A DNA stretch of 64,000 nt from Candidatus Rariloculaceae bacterium. GTDB lineage: Bacteria; Pseudomonadota; Gammaproteobacteria; Steroidobacterales; Rariloculaceae. The stretch spans positions 2,232,695 through 2,296,694 of the forward strand of contig OZ250159.1 in assembly GCA_965237785.1 (NCBI GenBank), in the 5' to 3' direction. The position numbers were made by a program, and so were the translations under genes. The notes beneath the pieces are model-generated. The model was not told where the DNA came from. It made no database searches and saw only the letters and a program-made list of their open reading frames with translations. Below, one piece after another: positions 10,878-22,317 of this stretch (its first letter is position 1; every line of letters starts with the position of its first letter).

Positions 10878-12467
10878 ATGCATACGGAATCTACAATGAA
10901 TATTGACCGGGATAAATTGTTTTTGGGTATCTGTATGGCTTTGCTGCCAACAGCGTTCTCTTTTGTATTAGTAAGTAATATTCTGAATCAGTTAAAAACC
11001 GAATTCATCCTTACTAATGCGAATGTTGGATATATTGGTGGAGCAGCACTCTGGGGGATGTCCATTTCCCTGTTGACGATTGGCCCCTTTTTGGAAAAAT
11101 TAGGCTTGAAAAATGCGACGATAGGTGCATTTTTGGGTCACCTTTCCGGTGTGACTCTATTTCTGATAGGTTACTTTTTTGCCGGGGACCCTTCTGCATT
11201 TTGGATTCTATTTATGGGAGCCATTGGAATGGGATTCGGCAATGGAATGATTGAAGTTGCTGGGAATCCATTGACAGCTGCCCTGTACCCCGACAATAAA
11301 ACGACAAAACTGAATCACTTCCATGGGTTTTATATGGGGGGGCTTGTCCTTGGGGGATTAATTGGTTGGGGAATGTCCCAAATTGGGTCGATAGGATCTA
11401 TTAATATTGGCCATTGGACTGCGCAAATGGCAATTGTATATATTCCCATACTCATTTATGGATGGCTGCTTTTTCCAAGAAAATTCCCAAAAACAGAAAT
11501 CGCAGAAGCAGGTATTCCTGTCAGAGAGATGTTTCGCTATACCTTTACCAGCCCTAAAGTACTGGGTCTTATTGCACTGATGGTAATCACCCTTGGTATG
11601 GAGATGGGGCCCATGCGCTGGATTCCCGATGTACTGCAAGCGGCCGGATTACATGGAATGCTGGTATTGGTTTGGATTAGTGGATTGATGTTTATTTTGC
11701 GAATGTATGCAGGGCCCTTTGTTGTAAAATTTTCCCCAACAGGAATGCTTTTAGGAGCATCGTTTTTGACTTTTATTAGCCTTTTGCTGTTCAGTTATGT
11801 AGAAACAAACATCCTCCCGTTGATGATTGCTGGTGCCGTTTTTGCCATTGGCATTGCTTTCTTTGTACCCAACATGATTGGGCTTATGAGTGAGCGTTTC
11901 CCCAAGGCAGGGTCTCTGGGTATTGTGTTATTAATTGGAATGGGGTTTGTGGGAGGAGGAATTTCCAATGCTATCATGGGAGAGATTGCTGATGGTTACC
12001 TTCCCAGAGCATTGGACGAGCAATCTACGGTTCGAATTCTACAGCAGATAGAACAGCAGTTCCCGGAGTATCTAAATGAGGCGAGTCAAGCGAAGGGTGA
12101 TCCTGAGGCTGTTGCGCGATTAGGGTATCGGGAAGCTGATGTCCAAAATATTTTGGAAGAAACAAAAAGCGCTCTTGATTACTATCGTCAAAATAATCAG
12201 TTACAAGGGACTGCAACCGGGAATGCGCTTCGGGCTTTAATTGGTTCTGGGATACCGCAGGAAACGCAGCTCATACAACAGGCTTCTGCAACATTACGGC
12301 CTGCAGATAACTATGGAGGGCGTATGGCTTTTCGATGGGTATCGCCGATTCCAATTGTAGTTGGATGTATATTTTTAGTGTGGTTTATCAAAGATTACCG
12401 TAAAGGTGGGTATAGAGTAGAGCACTTAGAAAAAAGGCGGTCAGCTGAAGATGATCAAGCTATTTAA
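10878..12467 (+). CDS. MFS transporter, probably for sugars; AT-rich
   Basis: About 12 TM segments, GFGNGMIEVAGNPLTAALYP..KLNHFH; soluble insert before the last TM; start uncertain. Confidence 0.82.
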   Translation: MHTESTMNIDRDKLFLGICMALLPTAFSFVLVSNILNQLKTEFILTNANVGYIGGAALWGMSISLLTIGPFLEKLGLKNATIGAFLGHLSGVTLFLIGYFFAGDPSAFWILFMGAIGMGFGNGMIEVAGNPLTAALYPDNKTTKLNHFHGFYMGGLVLGGLIGWGMSQIGSIGSINIGHWTAQMAIVYIPILIYGWLLFPRKFPKTEIAEAGIPVREMFRYTFTSPKVLGLIALMVITLGMEMGPMRWIPDVLQAAGLHGMLVLVWISGLMFILRMYAGPFVVKFSPTGMLLGASFLTFISLLLFSYVETNILPLMIAGAVFAIGIAFFVPNMIGLMSERFPKAGSLGIVLLIGMGFVGGGISNAIMGEIADGYLPRALDEQSTVRILQQIEQQFPEYLNEASQAKGDPEAVARLGYREADVQNILEETKSALDYYRQNNQLQGTATGNALRALIGSGIPQETQLIQQASATLRPADNYGGRMAFRWVSPIPIVVGCIFLVWFIKDYRKGGYRVEHLEKRRSAEDDQAI

Positions 12468-12475
12468 ATACAAAT

Positions 12476-12930
12476 GGCTCGTCAGCAAAATCCGTGGGTG
12501 AATTCAGGCTCGGGTAACGCGCCGAGGGCATGGTACAAGGCGATTTCAGCACCGTGATAGGTCCGAAACCCGAAGGCTTTTCTGGAGGTCAGTTTTGCCT
12601 TGCCATTAAATGTAGAAGTTCAGACCCAGTCTGACAGTTACCGATTCTGGAGAGTGTCTTCCCGCAGACGCGGGTGCAGCTGTGTATCGTGCACAAGGTG
12701 CGCCAGTCGCTGAAGTACGTGATCTGGAAGGATCGTAAGGCGGCGGCCAAGGACCTGCGGGCCATTTATGCGGCTGCCACGCTTGAGGAAGCGGCATCGG
12801 CGCTGGACCGCTTCGAGGCCAGCTGGGGTGACAAATATCCGGCGATCGGGCCAAGCTGGCGCGCCGACTGGGACCGTCTGACCGCGCTGTTCGACTTTCC
12901 GCCGGCGATCCGCAAATTTGCTGACGAGCC
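12476..12930. mobile_element. Mosaic linker: ISL3 right end (inverted), IS481 right tip, IS256 internal piece, ISL3 right tip
   Basis: Pieces match 6146-6281, the reverse complement of about 35421-35459, about 9895-10163, and tttgctgacgagcc. Confidence 0.85.
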
Positions 12931-12989
12931 AAACTTCCGATATCCTCAATAATCAGACCTTTCACGCCGGACGCGAAGGGGGGTAAGCC

Positions 12990-15191
12990 ATGACTATCAG
13001 AAAAATCCTCTCTCTGATTTTTACAGGACTTCTTCCACTCACGTTCATTGCCTGCGGCTCCGAGGACGGGCAAGAGCCATCCCAGCCGGATGCCAGTCTT
13101 CAAGCACCGGCCGCAGGCGGTGTCCAGATAGCAAGTGACGATATCGGCGGCACGGTGACCGGCCCGGGCGGTCCCGAAGCCGGTGTCTGGGTCATCGCCG
13201 AGACCCGCGATCTCGGGACGCGCTACGCCAAGATCGTGGTCACCGACGACCAGGGCCACTACCTCATCCCCGACCTGCCCCAGGCCGATTACGACGTCTG
13301 GGTGCGCGGTTACGGCCTGGTGGATTCCGAAAAAACCCAGGCCTCACCGGGTGGCAATCTGGACCTCACGGCGGTGCCCGCCCCCAATGAAGCGGCGGCA
13401 GCGCAATACTACCCGGCCGGCTACTGGTTCTCCCTGCTGGAAGTGCCGGCCAAGAGCGAATTCCCCGGCACCGGTCCGGCGGGCAACGGCATCAGCCCCA
13501 ACGTCATGCACCAGGGGGACTATATCCGCCTCATCACCTCCGGCAGCTGCCTGAGCTGTCATCAGATGGGCAATGAACCGACGCGGGAAATCCCGGCCCT
13601 GTTCAGCAGTTATGATACCTCCGCTGAGGCTTGGGCGCGCCGCATCCTGTCCGGTCAGGCCGGAGGTTCCATGGTCCGCGCCCTGACCGGATTGGGAATG
13701 GAAGGCACCATCCGCATGTTCGCCGACTGGACCGACCGCATCGCCGCCGGCGAACTGCCGCCGGCACCGACGCGGCCCCAGGGATTGGAGCGCAACGTGG
13801 TCATCACCCAGTGGGACTGGGCCGATCCCACCGCCTACCTCCATGACCTGGTCTCCACCGACCGGCGCGACCCCACCGTCAACGCCTATGGCAAAATCTA
13901 CGGCGCCCTGGAAGAAAGCGCCGACTACCTACCGGTGCTCGACCCCGTCAATCACACCCTGGACCAGATTCCATTGACCATGATGGACCCCGAGGCGGGC
14001 CCCGTCTCCAGTCCTCCCCTGGGGGAATCCCCTTATTGGGGCGATGAAGCCATCTGGGATTCCAGGGCCAACGTGCACAACCCCATGCTGGACGAACAGG
14101 GCCGGGTGTGGATCACCGCCCGGGTGCGCGGCAGGGACAACCCCGACTGGTGCCAGTCGGGCTCGGATCATCCCTCCGCCCAGGTCTTCCCCTTGCAGGG
14201 CTCGGGACGCCAGTTGGGCCTGTACGATCCGGCCAGCGGGGAATACACTCATATCGATACTTGCTTTGGCACCCACCACCTGATGTTCGCCGAGGATGCA
14301 AATGACACCCTGTGGACCAGCGGCGGCGGCCAGGTGATCGGTTGGCTGGACGCGAAAGAATTCCTGGAAACCGGTGACGCCGCGGCCTCCCAGGGATGGA
14401 CGCCGTTCATCCTGGACACCAACGGCAACGGCGTGCGCGACGCGGAATACGTGGAACCCGGCGACGCCGTGGACCCCACCAAAGACAAGCGCATCTATCC
14501 CGGCGGCTTCTACGCCGTGAGTCCCGCGCCGGACGGTTCCGTGTGGGGGTCGATCCTCGGCTTCCCCGGCGGCGTGGCCAGGCTGGTGCCGGGCGACAAC
14601 CCCAGCGAGACCGCCCTGACCGAGTACTACGAACTGCCGGTGGATGAAAACGGCGATCCCATTGAGGGTTTCTCCCCCCGCGGCATGGACATCGACCGCG
14701 ACGGCGTGGCCTGGGTGGCCCTGGCCAGCGGCCACATGGCCAGCTTCGACCGCCGCAAGTGCGTGGGCCCCTTGAACGGTCCCCAGGCCACCGGCCAGCA
14801 CTGCCCCGAGGGCTGGAGCTTCCACACGGAGCCCCTGCCTCAGTTCAAGAACCTGGACCGGTCCGGCAGCTCCGAAGGCAGCTACTATACCTGGGTAGAC
14901 CAGTTCAACGCCCTTGGTCTTGGGGAAAATATCCCCATCAACACCGGCAACCAGAGCGGCGCCTTGCTGGTGCTCAAAGACGGAGAGTGGGTGAGAATGC
15001 GCGTGCCCTACCCCCTGGGCTTCTACACCAAGTGGATGGACGGTCGCATCGACGATCCCAACGCCGGCTGGAAAGGCCGGGGCATCTGGGCTACCTTCAG
15101 CGGCCGCGCGCCCTTCCACATGGAAACCGGGGAAGGCACCACCAGCCAAGTGTTCCACTTCCAGATGCGGCCGAACCCGCTGAGCAACTGA
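12990..15191 (+). CDS. Lipoprotein with carboxypeptidase regulatory-like domain, CxxCH motif and predicted beta-propeller
   Basis: Lipobox FIAC; GPEAGVWVIAET..VVTDDQG.Y..PDLP; SCLSCH; repeated DxxGxVW. Confidence 0.65.
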   Translation: MTIRKILSLIFTGLLPLTFIACGSEDGQEPSQPDASLQAPAAGGVQIASDDIGGTVTGPGGPEAGVWVIAETRDLGTRYAKIVVTDDQGHYLIPDLPQADYDVWVRGYGLVDSEKTQASPGGNLDLTAVPAPNEAAAAQYYPAGYWFSLLEVPAKSEFPGTGPAGNGISPNVMHQGDYIRLITSGSCLSCHQMGNEPTREIPALFSSYDTSAEAWARRILSGQAGGSMVRALTGLGMEGTIRMFADWTDRIAAGELPPAPTRPQGLERNVVITQWDWADPTAYLHDLVSTDRRDPTVNAYGKIYGALEESADYLPVLDPVNHTLDQIPLTMMDPEAGPVSSPPLGESPYWGDEAIWDSRANVHNPMLDEQGRVWITARVRGRDNPDWCQSGSDHPSAQVFPLQGSGRQLGLYDPASGEYTHIDTCFGTHHLMFAEDANDTLWTSGGGQVIGWLDAKEFLETGDAAASQGWTPFILDTNGNGVRDAEYVEPGDAVDPTKDKRIYPGGFYAVSPAPDGSVWGSILGFPGGVARLVPGDNPSETALTEYYELPVDENGDPIEGFSPRGMDIDRDGVAWVALASGHMASFDRRKCVGPLNGPQATGQHCPEGWSFHTEPLPQFKNLDRSGSSEGSYYTWVDQFNALGLGENIPINTGNQSGALLVLKDGEWVRMRVPYPLGFYTKWMDGRIDDPNAGWKGRGIWATFSGRAPFHMETGEGTTSQVFHFQMRPNPLSN

Positions 15192-15325
15192 TGATTCACG
15201 CGATGAGCGGCAATTTCCACGGCGAAGTATAAGAAGAATAAACGCCCTTTTTACCCAAGTTCAGCAGCAGTTGACCGTAATTACACCAAAGGACAAGGCC
15301 GGGATGACCGGGATGAGGTACTGAG

Positions 15326-16663
15326 ATGAACAGAATTCAGCGCGTCGCAGCATTGATATTCACCTGCTTATGCTTAACGGTCGGCGCTCAGACCACCGAC
15401 CTTGTTATTCGTGAATTTGAAAAACAGGAACTGACCCCCGCCTATTGGTCGGAAGGCGCCGATTTCGCCGACTTTAATCAGGATGGTCACCTGGATGTCG
15501 TCAGCGGACCACACATATTCCTGGGACCCGACTTCAACCACCGTTACGAATACTATCCGGCGGTGGCGCCGACCAAGCGGATGCCAAATGATCATTCGAT
15601 TTACTCTAACGACAATTTCTTTTCATTCGTCTTCGATTTCAATGCGGACGGCTGGCCGGATATCCTGACGGTGGGACTTCCCAATACCGATGCTTACTGG
15701 TACCAGAACCCGGGCAACTCTTTCAGCGGTCCGGCCCCGGACCAGCCGGACCACTGGGAGCGCCACTTTGTCATAGATCATGTTGCCAACGAAGCGCCCA
15801 ATTTTGTAGACATTACCGGCGATGGTGTGCCTGAACTGTTGATGGCCTACAGCAGACATTACGGCTATGCCTCGCCGAGCCCGGTAGCTCCGACGCTTCC
15901 CTGGAATTTTCACCCGATATCGACCAGCGAAGAGGTGGTTCATCACTACACCCACGGCCTGGGCTACGGGGATGTCGACGGCGACGGACGCACCGACGTT
16001 CTGCACGGGGATGGCTGGTTGCAACAACCCTCCTCCCTGCAAAACGATCCGGATTGGGCTTTTCACCCCTTCCCATTCGCTGAACGGGGGGGAGCCGGGC
16101 TGTTCGATGGTTTGCAGGGGGGAGCCCAGATGTACGCCTATGACGTGAATGGCGACGGGCTCAACGACGTCATCACGAGCCAGGACGCTCACGGTTGGGG
16201 CCTGAGCTGGTTTGAACAGAGCCGTACCGGAGAGCAGATCACCTTTCAGGAGCATATTATCCTGAGCAAGGAGGAGACAAATACCGACAACCCTTATGGG
16301 GTTCAATTTTCCCAGCTCCACGCAGTAGAGCTTGTCGACATCGATGGCGACGGCCTGCAAGACATTGTGACCGGAAAGACCTACCGGGCTCACGACTTCG
16401 GCGACCCCGGGGCCCGACAGGCCCCGGTGATCTATTATTTCCGGCTCACGCGCCAGGATGGCCAGGCAGAATTCGTTCCTCATCTAATCGACGACCAGGC
16501 GGGCATCGGACGGCGACTGGTAAGCGGAGACCTCAATGGAGATGGGCTGATCGATTTGGTGGTCGGCAATAAATTCGGGACGTTTGTCCTTACCCAAAAG
16601 GTTCGAAACGTCGACCAGGAGGAATGGGAAAAGGCTCAGCCTGTCCGCAGCCAGGATTTTTAA
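15326..16663 (+). CDS. Secreted FG-GAP/VCBS repeat protein
   Basis: Signal peptide; seven DxxxDGxx(D/E) repeats. Confidence 0.85.
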   Translation: MNRIQRVAALIFTCLCLTVGAQTTDLVIREFEKQELTPAYWSEGADFADFNQDGHLDVVSGPHIFLGPDFNHRYEYYPAVAPTKRMPNDHSIYSNDNFFSFVFDFNADGWPDILTVGLPNTDAYWYQNPGNSFSGPAPDQPDHWERHFVIDHVANEAPNFVDITGDGVPELLMAYSRHYGYASPSPVAPTLPWNFHPISTSEEVVHHYTHGLGYGDVDGDGRTDVLHGDGWLQQPSSLQNDPDWAFHPFPFAERGGAGLFDGLQGGAQMYAYDVNGDGLNDVITSQDAHGWGLSWFEQSRTGEQITFQEHIILSKEETNTDNPYGVQFSQLHAVELVDIDGDGLQDIVTGKTYRAHDFGDPGARQAPVIYYFRLTRQDGQAEFVPHLIDDQAGIGRRLVSGDLNGDGLIDLVVGNKFGTFVLTQKVRNVDQEEWEKAQPVRSQDF

Positions 16664-16721
16664 CACCGGTAACTGCTAATACTAGCCAAAAAGTTAGAAA
16701 TTTTGGCTCGTCCAGTGACGC

Positions 16722-17786
16722 TCAGCCGGCCGCTATAAAGCGGTAGCGCGTCGTCTGCGAATAGCGCTCGCCCGGCTCAAGCAGCGTGCCGGGAAAGGCG
16801 GGTTGATTGGGTGTATCGGGAAAATGCTGGGGCTCGAGGCACAGGCCGCGGTGCGGCGCGAACGGCGGTCCAAGTTTCTGCCCGCCGTATACCTGAAGCC
16901 CGGGGCACGTTGTCGTCATCCGCAAGCAAAGGTCGCCGTTCGGGCTCTCAAGCTCGGCACGGCCGCCGGATTCGCCCAGAACATAGTTGAAGTCCATACC
17001 GCCGGTACGCACGACAAGCGGGTGCCGCGACCCGATGACATCACGCAGCGCCGCTGGCTGGCGTAGATCCAGTCCGGAACCGGTGACATCGAGGAAATCG
17101 CCGGTCGGCAGCAGGTCGTCGTTGACCTGCAAGATTTGGCGGCTGGCAATATGCAAGCGATGCCCGAGCACGTCGGCACCGCCAGCCGCGAGATTGAAAT
17201 AGGCGTGGTTGGTCATGTTTACATGTGTCGGCCGGTCGGTTTCAGCTTCCAGCCGGATCACGAGCTCGCGTTCATCCGTCCAGCGGTACGTGACGCTCGC
17301 CTCGAGCGTTCCGGGGTAGCCCTGGTCGCCATCCGCTGACCTCAGCCGAAACCGCCCTGTATCGTCCGGGACCGCCGCATCGATTGACCAGTGCCTGTGG
17401 TGAAAGCCGCCCGCACCGCCGTGCAGGTGGTGTTCCCCCTCGTTGGCATCGAGCGGATAGTCAACACCACCGAGGTTGAAGTGTGCACCGGCAATGCGGT
17501 TGCAGGTACGCCCGACGGTCGCGCCCATGAAGTAAGGGTCGGTCAGGTAACCCGCGCAATCTTCATAACCGAGAATCACGTTGCGGATGCCGTCCGGCAG
17601 CTGCAGTTCGATGCGTGTCAGTCGAGCGCCGTAATTCAGCAGCGTGACACGGTCGCCGCGGGCATTTCGCAGTACCCGCTCTGCCAGGCTGTCCGCCGCT
17701 ATCGTGTCGCTTGCCTGGTGCCGCGGTTCGTTGCAGGCAGCGCGGCTGGCACGCAGTGCCGGACGGTCCGGACTTCGCCGCGTCAT
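16722..17786 (-). CDS. galM: Aldose 1-epimerase
   Basis: GATVGR.CNRI, HLHGG, MTNHAYFNL, LCLEPQHFPD. Confidence 0.92.
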   Translation of the reverse strand: MTRRSPDRPALRASRAACNEPRHQASDTIAADSLAERVLRNARGDRVTLLNYGARLTRIELQLPDGIRNVILGYEDCAGYLTDPYFMGATVGRTCNRIAGAHFNLGGVDYPLDANEGEHHLHGGAGGFHHRHWSIDAAVPDDTGRFRLRSADGDQGYPGTLEASVTYRWTDERELVIRLEAETDRPTHVNMTNHAYFNLAAGGADVLGHRLHIASRQILQVNDDLLPTGDFLDVTGSGLDLRQPAALRDVIGSRHPLVVRTGGMDFNYVLGESGGRAELESPNGDLCLRMTTTCPGLQVYGGQKLGPPFAPHRGLCLEPQHFPDTPNQPAFPGTLLEPGERYSQTTRYRFIAAG

Positions 17787-17828
17787 CGGGGGTGCCTGTA
17801 CAGATTACGATGCCCGCTCACGAGACGC

Positions 17829-19178
17829 TCAGGGCTTCACCCGAAATATGAAGTCATTAATGACGTTCTCGACCCATTCCTGCCGGCCGCTTTGCTTGCG
17901 CGGCTCACCCTGTTTCGCGGCATGTTCGCGGAGATCCTCGAGGGATAACCGGCCTTTGGCAAATGCCTGGCCCTGTCCGTTGTCGAAACTGGCATAGCGC
18001 TCGCGGCGAAAATCAGCCAGCGAGGACTTCTCGAGGATCTCGTGGGCGATGATCAGGCCGCGTGCATATGAGTCCATGCCGCCGATATGCGCGATAAACA
18101 GGTCTTCCAGGTCGGTCGATTCACGCCGTACTTTCGCGTCAAAGTTCAGTCCGCCGGTCTTGAAGCCACCGTCTTCGAGTACGATAAGCATCGCCTGCAC
18201 CGTGTCGTAAAGGTCGGCCGGGAACTGGTCCGTATCCCAGCCGTTCTGGGGATTGCCGCGATTGGCGTCGATCGAGCCAAGCAAGCCGGCATTCGCACAC
18301 ATTCTGAGCTCGTGAGCGAATGAGTGGCCCGCCAGCGTGGCGTGATTGGCTTCCACGTTGACCTTGAAATCGTCGGCAAGTCCGTATTGCCGGAGAAAGC
18401 CGATGACGGTCTGGGCGTCGACGTCGTACTGGTGGTACATGGGTTCCATCGGCTTGGGCTCGATCAGGAACGTGCCGTTAAAGCCGATCGAGCGGCCGTA
18501 GTCGCGGGCCATGCCAAGGAACCTCGCCATGTGTTCCAGCTCGCGGCCGGTATCGGTGTTGAACAGTGTGGAATACCCCTCGCGACCACCCCAGAACACA
18601 TAGTTCTCGCCGCCGAGTTCGACCGTCGCATCCAGCGCCGCCTTGACCTGGGCCCCCGCCTGCGCGACGACATCGAAATCCGGGTTGGTTGATGCACCGT
18701 TCATGTAACGCGGGTGCGAGAACACGTTCGCAGTGCCCCACAGCAACCGGATTCCGGTTTCCTTTTGCCGTGCTTTGACACGCCCGACCAGGTGCTGCAG
18801 GTTTTTCTCGCTTTCGGTAACGCTCGCGCCTTCGGGAGCCAGGTCGCGATCGTGAAAGCAAAAGTAGGGCACCGTCATCTTGCTGAAAAACTCGAACGCA
18901 GCGTCAAGCCTTTCTTCTGCCGCCTCGAGCCGGTCGGTACTCTCATTCCAGGGGTGGGGGCGCGTGCCGGGACCAAAGGGATCGGCGCCGTCAGCGCATA
19001 ACGTGTGCCAGTAGCAGATGGAAAAACGCAGATGGTCGCGCATGGTCTTGTTGCCGACCACGCGATCCGCATCGTAGGCTTTGAATGCCAGGTGGTTATC
19101 GGACTCCGGGCCTTCGTACTCTATACGTGAAATGCCGGGAAAGTACTCGCGGTTGCCAATCCAGGGTCGCGCACTCAT
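17829..19178 (-). CDS. xylA: Xylose isomerase
   Basis: [39 protein letters not shown]. Confidence 0.97.
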   Translation of the reverse strand: MSARPWIGNREYFPGISRIEYEGPESDNHLAFKAYDADRVVGNKTMRDHLRFSICYWHTLCADGADPFGPGTRPHPWNESTDRLEAAEERLDAAFEFFSKMTVPYFCFHDRDLAPEGASVTESEKNLQHLVGRVKARQKETGIRLLWGTANVFSHPRYMNGASTNPDFDVVAQAGAQVKAALDATVELGGENYVFWGGREGYSTLFNTDTGRELEHMARFLGMARDYGRSIGFNGTFLIEPKPMEPMYHQYDVDAQTVIGFLRQYGLADDFKVNVEANHATLAGHSFAHELRMCANAGLLGSIDANRGNPQNGWDTDQFPADLYDTVQAMLIVLEDGGFKTGGLNFDAKVRRESTDLEDLFIAHIGGMDSYARGLIIAHEILEKSSLADFRRERYASFDNGQGQAFAKGRLSLEDLREHAAKQGEPRKQSGRQEWVENVINDFIFRVKP

Positions 19179-20686
19179 GGTCTTGCTCCGTCTGTTTCGA
19201 ATAATGGTGCCACGCCCGCTACCGCGCGCCGGTAGGCCGCGTAGCCGTCAGCGTAGCGATCGGATGTGGTTTCGTCGGGCGTGCAGGCGAGATCCGGCCG
19301 CTGCACGATGTGCTCGCGGGTTACGTCGCCGATGCCGCGCCCGGAATCATACTGGCGTTCCAGCACCCACAGTGCATGCAGCGCAGCACCGAACGAGGCG
19401 CCTTCGTCCTGCGCGAGCCGTACGACCGGCAGCCGGCAGATATCGGCCACGATCTGGCGCCAGGTTCGACTGTTGGCGCCGCCTCCGGTCAGCACAATTT
19501 CCGATGACTCGATGCCCAGCCGGCGCAGTTCGTCGAGTCCGAAGCGCAGCCCGTAGGTTGCACCTTCAACAGTCGCCCGCAACAGGTGTCCTTTCTCGCA
19601 GTTTTCCGGGTTGAGCCCCAGCACGCTCGCGCTGGCGCGCGGCAGGTTCGGTGTACGTTCGCCGGTGAAAAACGGCAGGACAATCAGACCGCCGGAAGCG
19701 GCCGGTACGGCGTCGATGGCTGCGTCGAAGCCGGCGTTGTCGATGGCCAGCGGCTGCTTCATTAACTCGGTGGCGAGCGTGCAGTTCATTGTGCAAAGGA
19801 GGGGCAGCCATCCGCCGGTCGAGCTGCAAAACGCCGCGATATTGCCTTGCGGGTCGACAATCGGCCGATCTGCGTAAGCAAACAGCGTTCCTGACGTGCC
19901 AAGGCTCATCGTCAGCTGGCCCGGCACGACGTTGCCGGTGCCGATCGCTGCCATCATGTTGTCGCCGCCGCCCGGTGCCACCGGGATACCGGCCGGCAGG
20001 CCGAACTCCTGTGAGAACAGAGCCGCAGTATGCCCGATGACTTCGCCGGGTTCAACCAGCTCCGGCAGGCAGTTGGCCAGGTCCCGCGACGGCTCGACGG
20101 CTCGCAGCAGCTCACGGCTCCAGCGGCGATTCCGCACGTCGAGTAACGCCGTGCCCGATGCGTCACCGTACTCCATCATCGCGCGGCCCGTCATGACGAA
20201 ATTCAGGTAGTCGTGCGGTAGCAGCACCTGCGCCATGTTTCGGTACTTGCGCGGATGATGCTTCCGCAGCCAGCGAATCTTCGGGGCGGTGTAGCCGGTC
20301 AGCACCGGGTTTCCGGCGAGCTCGATGCAGCGCTCACGGCCGCCGCAATCCTCCATGATCTCGTCCGCTTCCTGCTGCGTCGACGTATCGCACCACAGTT
20401 TTACCGCGTGCAGGACCTCGCCATTGCCATCTATCGGCACGAAACCATGCTGCTGCCCGGAAACCGCAACCGCGCGCACCGACATGCGTACGCTTGCGCT
20501 GACCTGCTGCAGTGCCTGTTTCAATGCCACCAGCCACCAGCTCGCTTCCTGTTCGGCCCGACCGGTTGTATCGCGCATGACTTCGAGCGGCGCGGATGCC
20601 GAGGCGACGACTTCGCGAGCCTTGTAGTCGTAGAAAACGACTTTCAGGCCTTGTGTGCCGAGATCTATGCCGAGTGTCGTGTCCAT
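19175..20686 (-). CDS. xylB: Xylulokinase
   Basis: [37 protein letters not shown]. Confidence 0.95.
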   Translation of the reverse strand: MDTTLGIDLGTQGLKVVFYDYKAREVVASASAPLEVMRDTTGRAEQEASWWLVALKQALQQVSASVRMSVRAVAVSGQQHGFVPIDGNGEVLHAVKLWCDTSTQQEADEIMEDCGGRERCIELAGNPVLTGYTAPKIRWLRKHHPRKYRNMAQVLLPHDYLNFVMTGRAMMEYGDASGTALLDVRNRRWSRELLRAVEPSRDLANCLPELVEPGEVIGHTAALFSQEFGLPAGIPVAPGGGDNMMAAIGTGNVVPGQLTMSLGTSGTLFAYADRPIVDPQGNIAAFCSSTGGWLPLLCTMNCTLATELMKQPLAIDNAGFDAAIDAVPAASGGLIVLPFFTGERTPNLPRASASVLGLNPENCEKGHLLRATVEGATYGLRFGLDELRRLGIESSEIVLTGGGANSRTWRQIVADICRLPVVRLAQDEGASFGAALHALWVLERQYDSGRGIGDVTREHIVQRPDLACTPDETTSDRYADGYAAYRRAVAGVAPLFETDGARP

Positions 20687-20817
20687 CGTGTCGCGAGGGG
20701 TATGGGCGACAGGTCGGCCGCGCCGTGACAGCCGGTGCGGATTCGCCCTCTCGAATAATGGGTAATGGTTATTGTTGGCAGTTCCACAAGAATAACAACA
20801 GCCGCATATAACCTTCT

Positions 20818-22296
20818 CTAATTGTTATCCGGCAATAGACGAATCATCGGATTCCGGAAGTAAACGCGGCTGTCGGAGCCCACGGACTCCAGGCCGATCG
20901 TGCCCCGGTGCAGACTGGCCGGCCCATCTACATCTGCAGGTTCGGTGAATTCGTTGACGGTCTCACCATTCACATTTACCGTTACTTGCTTGCCGTCAAC
21001 CTTGATGTAGTAGTTGAACCATTCGTTATCGCCGTGTGGGGCAGTCATCACCTCGCTTGCCCCAACCAGGCTGCCGGTCATGCTCTCACCGGCCCGGCTG
21101 GCGTTAATCTGGGCTTCATAACCAAAGGTAGGAGGTCCCTCCTCTTTGTAACGGGTATGAAAATAGATCCCTGAAGCCGACCCAGGATAGGTATAGACAT
21201 CAACCTTGAATTCAAAATTTCTGAAATCACCGCCGTCAATGGGCCCTGCATAGAACAGGGAGCTCTGCGGACCCTCGACAACAATGTCATTTGGATCCAC
21301 TTCATGGGGGACAAGTTGAAAGGCCGCGGTACCCATGTTCATTTTCGTGGGCCAGACAGCCCCTCCTTCAAACCATGCGATTTCAGCGAAGTTTGTCGTC
21401 TCGGTGTCACGCCAGCCGTTGAGGGTCGCCCCGTCCCGCAGGGAGATCCATCCCAGTCCCCGCTCGCCTGAATATCCTTCCGACGGGCGCCCATTGTCGT
21501 CAAGCTTTCCGGCCGCCCACAGCAGGCCGGCCGCTACCATATTCAAATTCACATCCGCGCCCATGGTCGGAGTGTGGTGACCCAGCGTGCTGGCGAATAC
21601 CCGAACCCCTTCGTATTCGTGGGTCCAGGCTATGGGAAAAAATTCAGCGGCTTCCACGCTGTAGGCACGTGCCAGCGGGGTAGCATTGTCTTTTAACTCG
21701 AAAGGCATGTACAACTCTCCTTCGGGAGTCCGCCAGGTCCCGGGGAAATTGGCCATAATCGGATGATTCGGTTCGAGCGCTTCTATCGTAAAAGGGACAC
21801 GAACAACTTCATGCTGATAGGAGACGGCTCCGGTAAAGTTGTACCATACCGGGGTAGTAGTCCGATGCAGGTGCATCGGGCAGTGCAGCAGTACGGCAGG
21901 TACCTGGTGCTCGGCATGGGCAGTCATGATCCGTTCAACGTGTTCAGCATCGCCCATATCAAGATTACAACTATTGTATAACACCAGATCAAAGTGCTGC
22001 CCCCACTCATCGGTTAACAGGCTTTCAAATTTGAAATGCATATCCTCCTTACTTTCACCCTCGTTATGATCAATGGTAAACACAATATTACCGATGCGAT
22101 CGGTCAGCCCCTCTTCAAGCTGTCTCTTTTGGGTATAGTAGTCGTGGAAAGGCCCTCCACCGGTAATCATCAGAACTTCCAGCGGATCGGTATTCTGCGA
22201 GACGGCTAAACCATGAACGGCCAAACACCCCACAGAAAACAATGCCACTAAAATCGCACGAGTTGTCCTTTTACCTGTATGCGTGAACTTATTCAT
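20818..22296 (-). CDS. Secreted ThuA-like + DUF1080 (3-keto-disaccharide hydrolase) fusion protein
   Basis: LMITGG..HDY, HPIM, ELY, RVF.STLGH; then GWISL, NFEFK, SGIYF, GYEAQI, EWF, GTIGL, VYFRN. Confidence 0.8.
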   Translation of the reverse strand: MNKFTHTGKRTTRAILVALFSVGCLAVHGLAVSQNTDPLEVLMITGGGPFHDYYTQKRQLEEGLTDRIGNIVFTIDHNEGESKEDMHFKFESLLTDEWGQHFDLVLYNSCNLDMGDAEHVERIMTAHAEHQVPAVLLHCPMHLHRTTTPVWYNFTGAVSYQHEVVRVPFTIEALEPNHPIMANFPGTWRTPEGELYMPFELKDNATPLARAYSVEAAEFFPIAWTHEYEGVRVFASTLGHHTPTMGADVNLNMVAAGLLWAAGKLDDNGRPSEGYSGERGLGWISLRDGATLNGWRDTETTNFAEIAWFEGGAVWPTKMNMGTAAFQLVPHEVDPNDIVVEGPQSSLFYAGPIDGGDFRNFEFKVDVYTYPGSASGIYFHTRYKEEGPPTFGYEAQINASRAGESMTGSLVGASEVMTAPHGDNEWFNYYIKVDGKQVTVNVNGETVNEFTEPADVDGPASLHRGTIGLESVGSDSRVYFRNPMIRLLPDNN

Positions 22297-22317
22297 TACA
22301 TAACCTCCTCTAATTAT

